Shown here piece after piece: positions 23,058 to 33,567 of a stretch of 35,030 nucleotides of DNA. This stretch comes from Paraglomus brasilianum (taxonomy: Eukaryota): NCBI GenBank assembly GCA_910592345.1, contig CAJVPI010000330.1:1-35030 (forward strand), in the 5' to 3' direction. The translations under genes were made by a program, and so were the position numbers. The notes under the pieces are model-generated. The model had not been told where the DNA came from and ran no database searches. It saw only the letters and a program-made list of their open reading frames with translations. The first letter of the stretch is position 1; each line of letters opens with the position of its first letter.

Positions 23058-23168
23058 GGGGTAGGCTAAAGCGGAGTAGTTTTTTTACAATTTCATTGGT
23101 TGATATACAAATTTGACCAATGTAATTGCAAGAATCAGGTCACGTTCTACTCCGCTTTAGCCATCCTC
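23058..23168. mobile_element. ~110-bp MITE with 22-bp TIRs and 8-9-bp TSD
   Basis: Perfect core IR GGCTAAAGCGGAGTAG (23064-23079) / CTACTCCGCTTTAGCC (23147-23162); flanked by direct repeat (C)CAGTTTTA at 23049-23057 and 23168-23176. TSD length fits hAT (8) or Mutator (9). Confidence 0.85.
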
Positions 23169-24201
23169 CAGTTTTATTCAAAGTTGCGTGTATAACAACT
23201 ATTGTACTGCCATCTTGAGTGGCACCGGCAGCACATTTACTATCTATCAAATGATTAACGAGATCGAAACCCTATTTTCTGATCTTTTCGAAATATAAGT
23301 TCCAAATCAATACAATCGCCAGCTGCAAGTATTAGAGTAAGTTATATAAATATATCGTAATGAGGTCGGATTAAATAAACGAATAATCTACCATATAATT
23401 TCTTTCCGAAACCAATAAACTTGGGCTCAATATAATGACATTAATTATCAATCTCGGAATATAACGATGTTGTAGACGGTCCATCTAGAACAAAGTATTC
23501 CGAGTCAAAAGATTGATCCTTAATATTAATTACCAAAAATTGGCTTGGGCAAACGATTTCGATTTTCGACAATCATTTTAAATAGAGATTCGATGTTTTT
23601 ATATTCTCTTTAACTCGTTTGTGGCATTTGAAAAATACCAGATGATTCACAACCATTAGCAGAACTCTGCGGTAAAGCGGGCTGCTCTTATTCTTTTCAA
23701 AGAACTAACTTGACGCAATGCAGCAGTCGTAAAGCTGTATGCAATTAAGAAATTATCGTATTGGTTGATTTCAAATCAATATTACCTTCAATGGGAAGCG
23801 TTCCGATTGACGATCTTCACACATGTGGCATGGTCCGTGTTACATTGCATGTAATCTTGAATGATCGTGTGCACAACACGCTATTTTTATAGAGCCTAAC
23901 TTCTCTAAGTAAACTTAATTAGAGAGGCAATGTAGAACTTTATCGTGTCTTATTTGCTCCATTGGAGGTCGGGTTACATCTCTTGCAGCGCGTCCCTTAA
24001 CCTTACTGGTTAACATTGTTGCAACAAAAGGTCCTGATATAATGACGTTTCATGTGATAAGAAGTATATTTGGTAACTGTATCCATGCATGCGCAATCAG
24101 TAGCATCCAATAACAAGCATCATCATTCAGCCCATAAATTGTATAAATACTAACCACTACTCATTCAGCTTTCTTTCATCTCTTATCGTTATACTTACGA
24201 C

Positions 24202-24744
24202 ATGGCTGGTTTTAATAACCAATCAATCCACGAAAATTATGCGTACAATATTCCATCCCATCACTTGCATAGAATGGACTCTACCTATACAAACGGTCAT
24301 CCGTTAAATCAAACAATTATTATGGACTCGGGTTACGCGAACATGGATCAACCAATTCGTATGGACTACAATGACATCTATCCCCGTCAAGATCCCAGTA
24401 AAGCATTGCAACAACCTTCCGGTCAAGCCTTTTTTCCTCCTGGCACCGGCCATTTCGACAATAACAACGTCTACGCGGGTAGAAATGAACCGACAAATGC
24501 CACACCTTACGGATACGTTGAAAACCACGATTTAACCAATTACAATTCACTCCCAGTTTATTATCCACCCCCTCAAGCATTAGTCCAAACACCATCTACA
24601 TCGACTCCCCCCAACAACGCTGGCATGACGACAAACCCCAGGAGCCACGCAAACATAATAATTATTATGAATGCTGATGTTAACCTGGAAAGATTATTGT
24701 CCGTTATTCAATCATGTGAGAGGGTGGAACAAATACACATGTAA
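24202..24744 (+). CDS. Paralogue 7 (180 aa)
   Basis: Intact ORF, partner of paralogue 2; TATAAATA at 24142-24149. Confidence 0.9.
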   Translation: MAGFNNQSIHENYAYNIPSHHLHRMDSTYTNGHPLNQTIIMDSGYANMDQPIRMDYNDIYPRQDPSKALQQPSGQAFFPPGTGHFDNNNVYAGRNEPTNATPYGYVENHDLTNYNSLPVYYPPPQALVQTPSTSTPPNNAGMTTNPRSHANIIIIMNADVNLERLLSVIQSCERVEQIHM

Positions 24745-25899
24745 TTTGTTAGTATGGTCTTTATCGTTATATATAACATTGTAGTAACAAATTTCCATTA
24801 TTTTAGTACTAAACTAAGATACTTTTTCATATTTTATTGTTTGCTTTTATGAAATAAGACCTTTGACATTAAATTTTTAGCCTTAGCCCTTTTCCAATTC
24901 GGGAATAGATTGTAGAGAGAGTTTTTGTTTATTAAATATGAGCGTTAAAATAACTGATAAAGGGATACTAAATTGTAATTTATGGATACAATAAACTTGA
25001 TGATAAGGTATTAAAAATATTATACTTGTTATCGATATACATGACTAAATCTCTATACACAACGGTTCAATAAAGGTTATAACAGAGCTTTCTGAAACGA
25101 GTTTATAATTAAAGACCCAAATTGAACTATTTTTTTCCAAACTGCATAATGCTTGAACAAAGAATTCGAATCGAATTTTTGACTTGGCGAAACGGTAGTA
25201 CATAAGAGGCCGGTAGGACTAACGAGATTCGGTTAAGCATAACAAAGTTTGGCATAGTAACGCTAATGCAAGAGCACAATGCATTTTTTAATGATCATGT
25301 CCGTTGATGCAACCCATTTTCATTAGATAAAAGAATTTTTTCAAAACGTCACCGGCTGCAGACAAAAATAATAAAATACATATAACGTTTACAATTGTTA
25401 CTAAAAAAAGATATGACGACCAGGAGACATCAGATTACTCAGCGAATCAGTCGAAAAATAATATCAAACTTGGGGGATTCGATATTAGCCGACTATTTTA
25501 CAGTAGTAAGAACATATAAACTTCCAACTGCTACAGCTTTTGAAGGAAGAACGCTAAGCTCTTAACAACATGCCTTGACACATGCACGACAAATTATATA
25601 ATAGGGTTTTTTGTCCACTACTAAAAAAAAGTAAGGAAAAAAAACGTTTATTAATAAACTTTAAACATGCAAACTTGCATTAATGTCAAGAAAAGCAGGA
25701 AGTTGAGTCTATAACTATAAGACATATCAAATTTGAATCCATCAGATCGGCGATGGTTACTCAATTTAGAAACCCAATATGACGCCGATCATTTTGAAAA
25801 CCGTATCGCCAAGAAAATGGTTATATGTGTAACGCAAGACAACGAAATTAATAATAATATGGATAAGTATATCAATTTATTATTTAATTAATTAAAATA

Positions 25900-26551
25900 C
25901 TGATTTATGGTTGTTTGTTTCATTTGACTACTTTTTTTCCCACTAACAAATCTTTCAAGATTGTTTAACAGTCTTATCTGTTCGCCTGTGTCCTCTTGCT
26001 GTAACAAAATAAACGTACATTTTCTGAGCTTGTTAATGCACTACTGGCACTGATAGTTGTAATCTCAGTACTGTCATCCATTTCTTCAGTATTACCCTCA
26101 TCATTGTCTTCTTTAAACGTCTCTGCGATTTCTCTAATAAGCTGGAATATCATACACAATATCCTCTTCAGAAATAAACAAAACTCATTAACTTGCATTG
26201 GATCCGAGAGGTGAAGAATATTGATTATTTCACATCTGTAACGTCAATATTGAACAACAACGAGTATTAGCAACTGGTACTACAACAGTCACAAGAATTA
26301 ATACTCAGGATAATTTAACAACAACGATGATTCAAATTTCAATTACAAAGAGAATGTTAATAATATAGTTGGTCAATAGAAACATCGATCACGTGCGTGC
26401 GTTATAGTTTATATAAACAGGACCAAAAAATTATTGCACGTGCAGAATACAGAGGGTGTGCATTTATCACTAAGTCCCAAGACCGTGTGCCAAACCGTGC
26501 ATTTAGAGAGGGTGTTCATTTAGAGAGCGTGCACTTAGAGAGGTTTTTCTG
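25900..26551 (-). mobile_element. Nested pogo/Tigger relic
   Basis: Acidic tail EDNDEGNTEEMDDSTEITTISASSALTSSENVRLF typical of pogo C-termini. Subterminal repeats (TTAGAGAG..GTGCA) end in CTG|TA at 26551-26553. Shares 'CAGAATA.AGAGGGTGTGCAT' with the element at 14852-15563. Confidence 0.6.
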
Positions 26552-26762
26552 TATTAATATGAGAGGGGAATATCATCTATTTAGGTCAGAGATGCATAGC
26601 CTGCAGGCTTTCTTTTTTTTAGATCAATTCTTAAAATAAAAATAACAATATTATGCATATCTTGTATGCCAAGTTGTGTCAAGGACAAGAGAACTCGGCG
26701 TTTAACGGATATAGAATGATCTATCTCTAAAAGATAGACAATCGTTTTAATAACAATGTTAG

Positions 26763-26892
26763 GACCCCATCAACCCATTTCAAGATTGTCACATATTTTT
26801 TCGACGTTATCACATTAACCATGTTAGTTTATTGGTGCAAGAGATTATTCTAATGTGACAATCCCGAAACGGGTCAAATCCTAGAATGGGGC
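26763..26892. repeat. Short inverted repeat / MITE-like
   Basis: ACCCATTTCAAGATTGTCACAT vs revcomp ACCCGTTTCGGGATTGTCACAT, plus outer CCCCAT/ATGGGG. Confidence 0.55.
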
Positions 26893-26997
26893 ACAACAAC
26901 AATAAAGAACGTAATTAGCCAAGAGACTTTTTAGCATATATAATAAAGTCGCATATTGCGAAGACACCGTGATTTTAAAGAGTAAGGTGACATCAAA

Positions 26998-28960
26998 ATG
27001 CCACGACGTAACAAAGTTGCTAAACACTTAGACCGAGTTTGTCTTCGAAAAAATTCAAATCAATCTATTTGGACCTGAAATTTCCATCAACTCTGCTAAT
27101 ATTTCAGAATAGTTGCTGTCTCCGAATCATCAGTAGGTTTTACAGAATGAACGTTATTTATATTTCAGAAAACGCCAAAGTAATGAGTCTATCGGAACCA
27201 TCAACAGATAGATGCCAACAACATCGTTATATCTAATGCAAATGATGCATCAGGATTATCAACGAACACTATATTAGAAAATGTTGATATACCTAGTGCC
27301 TCTGAATCAGATTGTAGTAAAACATGTCTAGAAAAAAAGAGAGCACAACTAATTAATCGGATTAAACTTTACCCGATGATAAAATACTTCCAGCTTGTTG
27401 AAACCATGATACATTCCGGTGGAAAACGGGAAGGAAAAATTTTGTCACTATATTTAATAAATATAGTAAACGATTTTATTGTTGAAGGTTTTTACAAACG
27501 AGACTCGTCTTGCATAGCGATGCGATATAAGATAAAAGAGAAAATAGTAAACGCCAGAAGGAGAAAGATGTTACAAATTCTCGTATCCATTCACTTACGA
27601 TGAAAGTAGGGGGGAAGAAACCAAAGCTCGATATATTAAAAAAATACGGTCAATAATCCGAAAAAGAAAGACATATCACCAGAACTACTCGGAAAAGAAA
27701 CAGAAAAACTAATAAAAGAGAACAAAAAGAATTTGTCCAACTGGCCGTTGAACTTAGCAACACAGGAATTACTTCGATTTAATCGACGGCAGAATGTATT
27801 AAGAAAGTCTATACATTTTTAACAGGAAAAGAAATGGATAAACAGATTTCGAGTAGCACATTATCACGTTGAAAAGAAATGGCCAAATTGGTTGTCTGTA
27901 GTCTTGATATTAACAAACTTGGCATGTAATCTTCATGATGGCACTGATAGAGGTAATCCTATGAATATAAAGTCAGACAAAGCCCGAAATTTATATTGGA
28001 AACTGCTGAACTATTCTCTAAAATAGTACCAAAAACCCATGTCCACTCGGTGGCAAGATCAGCCCAAAATGGGCATACAATATTTGGAGCGCCAAGAATT
28101 CCATTTCCAGTTTGTAAATTGGTTTATTCCCTTAAAAATTCTAAAAACGCCCTACCAACCTATATACAAAAGTGGACAGTTTTTAGGAATTGGTTGCAAA
28201 ATCCCATCAGGTGCATGGTAAATTTAGGCAATAAATGGCTAATTTTCTTACGGGTTTGATAATACTCCGCGTGTAATGCAAAATAACATGCTAGTGCATC
28301 TCCCTCCCGGTAATAGGAGACATGAGTTACCTGATAAATTTTATTATGGTTAGGTGAATTACAAGAAATGAGCATATCCTCTAATGACTATTTGCTGAGG
28401 AATTTAAAACTATCCACCCTCTTCTTCATTATCGAATCACTATTTAAATATAAAGCGCGGAGTTAACATAGTATTTCGAAGTGGATAGAATGTTGGATTC
28501 ATCTGCCATTATCCATTGTCGTTTGGGAAGTGATCACGGCCCAGAATTCGCTAGAGCAGTTGCTTCGACGATCCTGAATCAATCCTTTGAAATCAAACCA
28601 AGTTGGCGGGAAATATGTTACGCCGAATTTTTAGAAGAAGATCTTTCAAACGGACGAAAAGATTTTTTTGCTTATTTGACGCACTAAAAGAAGACAATTT
28701 TCTGAACCAATTCCCTGCCTTTTCAAAATCTGATGCTTCCAGCATTCATACCTCCCCGCTTTGTTATGACTTCGTAAAATACAGAACTTGGTTCATCAGC
28801 AACAACTAGAAGGCATGTTCAACAAATACGATATCAAAACTGAAGTTACTAAAGAAGCGTTAAAGGAAGTTCGTTGAGAAATCATGAGAAACAAGAAGAC
28901 TATCTAGAAGATTTTGGAGAAAAAGCAGCGAAATCTGTGCAACTGAAAAACTCTAAATCA
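26998..28960 (+). pseudogene. Decayed large ORF, probable transposase of the long-TIR element
   Basis: ATG 26998 (MPRRNKVAKHLDR), then frameshifted protein-like blocks EFVQLAVELSNTG..ECIKKVYTFLTG..ISSSTLSR, YQKPMSTRWQDQ..QYLERQEFHFQFVNWF, SDHGPEFARAV. TRW is a hAT-like motif. Confidence 0.55.
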
Positions 28961-30522
28961 CGTGCATGGGCAGTTTCACAGTGTCACTGTTGATTGGTTG
29001 CGATTTGTTAGTTCAAACAAACATAAATATAGATTTTCTGCCCTGTTTTGTTAATAAACACAACATTTCTAAAGATGGCTCAACGACATCGTTTTACGTT
29101 AGGACACAAGTTTACCAATATTAGGAAATGACTAATTCTGACATGATGATGTGAAGAAATCAATATAGTTTTGACTGAAAGATAAGGTACACATTTGTGT
29201 AATTTTAAAGTGGTTATTGTAGCGGGTATTGCAATATAGACTACTTGCCAAGGTCGCATAATTGTATTTCATATAGAATAAAGTTCCAGTTTTAATGGTC
29301 TCTACTGAGAAACAACAATTAACATAGCGAGTATATAGCATAGTTATGCTTTTTAGCCGTGCAGTTCATGTCGGCGTTATATTGGGTTTCTAAATTAAGT
29401 AATCATCGCCGATCGTTCGAAATACGATGGATTCAAAATCCTACTACTTTTGACAGACAAAAGATGCGCACCTCATGTTAAAACTACATAAATTTGAGAT
29501 GTTTTACAATAAAATTATAGGCAAGTTTGCATATTTAACGTTTATTAATAAGCGTTTTTTTTTATTATTATATAATTTGTCGTGCATGTGTCAAGGCATG
29601 TATTTCCATGGTTATTAAGAGCTTAGCGTTCTTCTTTCAAAAGCCGTAGCAGTTAGAAGTTTATATGTTCTTACTGTAAAATGATCGGCAAAAAACTCCA
29701 TATGTAAGTCTTATAGGGGGCTTGCCCTATGTTTGTAAAACTACTAATATATCGAACCCATACGCAATGGATAAATCGATTCTCTATATTTGCGCATCCC
29801 ATTATAAACATTATCAAATTTTCAAAAGAAATACATTCAAGACTCATGGAGAAGACATAATAATCAAAAATTGATGTAACAACTGAGGATTGTTTTACTA
29901 TTAAGGAGCATTGTCATTGTATTTTGCGAGGAAGACTAATCTGCTGCGGCAATTCAAATACGTGTGGCCGAGAGAAGCACGCCGTGTAACAGTAATATAT
30001 ACGCCGCGATTCCCGACCAATCACGGTACATTTTTATGTAGTATAAAAACTTTTTGCAACACACTCTTTTATGCAAGCTTGTAAAAAATTTTTTTCTTTT
30101 TCTTGTGATATGCTTGTAGGAGTGGAATAAGACGAATAAGACAAATAAGACGGTAATGACAACAACAACAATAATACAGTAAACAACTATGGTGGAATTT
30201 TTTTTTTGTTTGTTGTCGCATGTAATGTCCAGGGTCCCCAAAAAACCGCATCTACATAGTGATACCCGACAATTATTTCTTCTTCTTCTTCTTCTTCTGA
30301 ACGTACATCCAAATATCAGCAATATATGTTGTAAAAGTGCATTTCTTTGCTTGGACTTATGCAGATAATTCCTGTAGACGACCCACGTAATAACCACAAA
30401 ATAAATTATAGAGAGAATCTATTGCAGTTAAATCTTTTTACAACTTTCGAATCTATTCTATTAAACAGCGAGTCTGTTTTGGCTTTATTGAACTACACTC
30501 ACCGGTAAAAAGTATCGACTCA

Positions 30523-30582
30523 GCTTGCCGATCAATTAGTAAAACATATGATTCATAATGTTTTACTAATTGATCGGCAAGC
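30523..30582. repeat. Perfect palindrome/hairpin: 25-bp arms, 10-nt spacer
   Basis: GCTTGCCGATCAATTAGTAAAACAT-atgattcata-ATGTTTTACTAATTGATCGGCAAGC. Confidence 0.95.
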
Positions 30583-30930
30583 ATATACAGTACTAATGTC
30601 TAATTACGATTTCAACAAATCACAGCACACACCCTTAATACAAAGCACTTATTTGTAATTAGTCATACTCTGATTTTTGTGCGATCTTTTATACAAAACA
30701 CCGCAGACTAAAAATAATTGCCATAGCTTTTTGTAACATTCAACTTCGCAGTATAAATTGTTTGTACTACTGCCATAATATTGTATAAAAAGGAACAATG
30801 TCTTTCATCGATCGAGTCTCCAAGCCAAACGCTGCTTAGCTCTTTTCGCTCTACTAACCCTACTATTACTATTACGTCTGACCCGGTTCTACTCACCAAT
30901 CGATTCACGAAAGTCAATCGGGCGCATAAT

Positions 30931-31473
30931 ATGGACTCTAACTACATACACAGTCCTCCATTAACCATTGCGGACTCGGGTTACGCAAATGTAACTAGTG
31001 TGGATTCCAATAACGTTTATTCCTACCTACCTTGTCAAGCGTCACACTCGCATCCATTCTGTCAAGCGCCTTCGCTACCAACTAGTCAAGCCTTTTTCCC
31101 TTCAGATACCAGCCCTCTCGACAATAATGGCATCGACACAGGGAGAAATGAACAGTTAAATATCAGGCCTTACGGATACGTTGAAAATAATGGCAATAGA
31201 ATCAACTATTCAACGATGAACTATGGCTTGACCAATGACAATAGAGTCAACTATTCAACTATGAACCATGGTTTGATCAATAACAATTCACCCTTCATCC
31301 CCCAGACATCAGGTCAAACACAATCTACTTCTACTTTTTCCAATAACGAAAGCATGACGGCAAACACTGCGCACGGAAACGTAATAATTATTATAAAATC
31401 AAATATTAATTTGGAAAAACTATTGTCTATTATTCAACAATGTGAGAGGGAAGAAAGTATATACATATATTAG
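30931..31473 (+). CDS. Paralogue 8 (180 aa from first in-frame ATG; ancestral start lost)
   Basis: Partner of paralogue 3. The frame is open from 30781, but that TTG abuts TATAAAAA (30784) and the first in-frame ATG is 30931. Contains a 45-nt internal tandem duplication. Confidence 0.8.
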   Translation: MDSNYIHSPPLTIADSGYANVTSVDSNNVYSYLPCQASHSHPFCQAPSLPTSQAFFPSDTSPLDNNGIDTGRNEQLNIRPYGYVENNGNRINYSTMNYGLTNDNRVNYSTMNHGLINNNSPFIPQTSGQTQSTSTFSNNESMTANTAHGNVIIIIKSNINLEKLLSIIQQCEREESIYIY

Positions 31474-33260
31474 CGTTCTTTATTTTATATATTGGATTTG
31501 TTTCGGTGATTTTTGGGAGTCTTCATTGATTTTTTTTCTACTTTTTCATAAATGTTTCTTAACCTTTCCCCCTCCTTTTCAATTCTCCCCTTTCTTGTAA
31601 AGTAACCCCTTGCTCACATAGAACGCTACGCTTTTTCATTAGCAGCTGGCTTACCAACATTATACTACTGCAATTTAAATACACTTTGGTTTTTAATAAC
31701 CATTGTGGGTATTACAAATAGTTTATAGTATATTAATATCTTTGCTCTGGAAAGGGATTTTTGTATGGAGCGCGGTGACGTATTTCTCACGCTCAACTGT
31801 ATCAGAGGACGATATATTAAATTTCAGATAAATTAGTCTTAGGTGGACCCTTCGATGTTTGTTTACTAATTATGGATAATCAGCTAAGACATCTTAAGTA
31901 GGAAATTCCATTGAATAACCTATAATGATTTCCAAATTTGATCGGGCATCTGATAAGAACTCGATTTGAAACAATCGATATGATAAAAGATCTTCCCAAA
32001 CCTGCTGAATACTAATAAGGCTTCATAAAGAAGTAAACAAATATACATTACTCCGTATAAATAACATCCATACAATGTATAAATAAAAGGATTGTAATTT
32101 CCTGATATGTTCCCCAAGCAAGATTGAAAGTACGATTACTATCAGGCGATTGAAGAGATAGAAACCCTATTTCTGATAGGTTAAAACATAATTTTCAACC
32201 GAACAATTGTAATGTAACAAAATCGAATCAAATAAAACTTCACATGTTTTTGTTGCAATATCAACCGTTTTTTCTTTTCTTGAATCAGTTGTTGCATGCA
32301 CAGAATTAAGTATTAACGCATGCTCAAGAAATTTTTTATACCACATATTGTTGACATCATTTAACCTAATATATTTATGATACCCTCAATATAATGAATA
32401 AAGCTGACCTCGATATATATCAAAATATAACATGTGTCATGCGCAAACCAAGCTTAGGAAAACGATTGCCGCATATCCTGTAATTAAAAGGTTCTTTATA
32501 TGAGGATTCCTTGAATTAGTAAAGTTTGTTACTTGACTCTTTTAGATTATTCTTAATTTCCATGGGCGAATATTTACTCATAAAAGTCCGCTGCCGAGGT
32601 CACGAACTTGGTAGAGCACGCAAATTAAGGTTATCAAATCATATTTGCAAAGAAAAGCAGATTTCAATCAATTTACAGTCTCTGAATACAATCGGAGTAG
32701 CGCTCCGATTGACAATTCGTGAACTTTCCAAAACCCGAATAAGTGTAAACATTTCTTCTTACATCCAAGTGAGAGATAAAATAATAATTTGAATATAAAC
32801 TTACGACCAATATAAGTGGGGTGGAGGTATAAAATATCTCATATTCACATGATTAGGTCATCATTAAATTTATTCGAAGTATTTATATGTATATATGTTT
32901 ATTAAAATCCAAATTACTTTGTTTCAGTTACGACTTTATTTCCAAGCTACGTTTGCGCAGTATTGTATCCGATGTTTACTTCATTGTAATACACAATGGA
33001 TGTGTTTGAGGGTCATGTAGTATGGTGCGCCAGAATCGTCAAAAGTCTGTATTTTAATATAGATTCTGAAAAATGCGGAATTTCGTTTATGGTAAATTAA
33101 ATGATACATTTAATTCCAACAGTTTGATAGTTTTCCTCCAATCATTCGTAGTACAAAGTGTACTAAATTTACATTTACGGAAAACTAAATGATATTTTTC
33201 GACTCGACTGTGAATCCGGATCGATCATTAACTTTATTTTAAGAAACGTTATTATTTGTC

Positions 33261-33366
33261 GCGGCTGATGCTGAAATCCGGCTGAAGCTGAAACTAGCCA
33301 ATGGGTTTAGAGAATAGAATCTGATCAACCGATGGAAGGTCATGGTTTCCAGCTTCAGCCATCAGC
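33261..33366. mobile_element. MITE-like inverted repeat
   Basis: GCTGATG..GGCTGAAGCTG at left, CAGCTTCAGCC ATCAGC at right. Confidence 0.5.
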
Positions 33367-33367
33367 T

Positions 33368-33567
33368 CCCACTTTATTATACGGACTGGTTAACATAAGT
33401 TATGGCGACACTAATTTAATACGCAGAAACGTAAATGCGAAGTCATAACCTCTTTGGAAAAGTCTGAGTACGAAGATTACAGAACCATTGCGAGGGATTG
33501 CGGGGATTGAAAGTAAGAGGGGCCGCACGGATGGAGCGAAGTGGAGGGATATGAATACAAGAACAAA
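33368..33567 (+). pseudogene. Possible decayed HMG-box (MATA-HMG/SOX-type) gene
   Basis: Across frameshifts HFII-R...AK...LWKSLSTKITEPLRGIAGIESKR...GYEYKNK follows the HMG pattern F(I/M)xYR..WKxLS..xxLA..E...PGYxYKP. By eye only. Confidence 0.3.

Larger units (their letters stand above)
25472..29759 (+). mobile_element. ~4.3-kb element with ~300-bp terminal inverted repeats and decayed internal ORF
   Basis: 25472-25798 is the reverse complement (with indels) of 29371-29759, e.g. GAAGAACGCTAAGCTCTTAA / TTAAGAGCTTAGCGTTCTTC and CATGCCTTGACACATGCACGACAAATTATATAATA / its complement. Not found in duplicate A. Confidence 0.88.
20750..33018 (+). repeat. Segmental duplication, copy B
   Basis: Collinear with 3180-14270; carries its own insertions (25472-29759 and others). 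Confidence 0.93.

Noticed and set aside
29954..30397. 147-aa ORF with poly-Arg and hydrophobic stretch
   Set aside because: Produced by (CTT)n and (ACA)n simple repeats; GTG start; not preserved in the duplicate region near 10900-11150.
1558..31473. Family as a retroposed or transposon-borne ORF
   Set aside because: No poly(A) tails, TSDs, LTRs or shared TIRs around individual copies; upstream and downstream flanks are co-duplicated.
3180..33018. RIP signature between duplicates
   Set aside because: Differences are bidirectional and include transversions and indels; duplicated ORFs have no excess premature stops.
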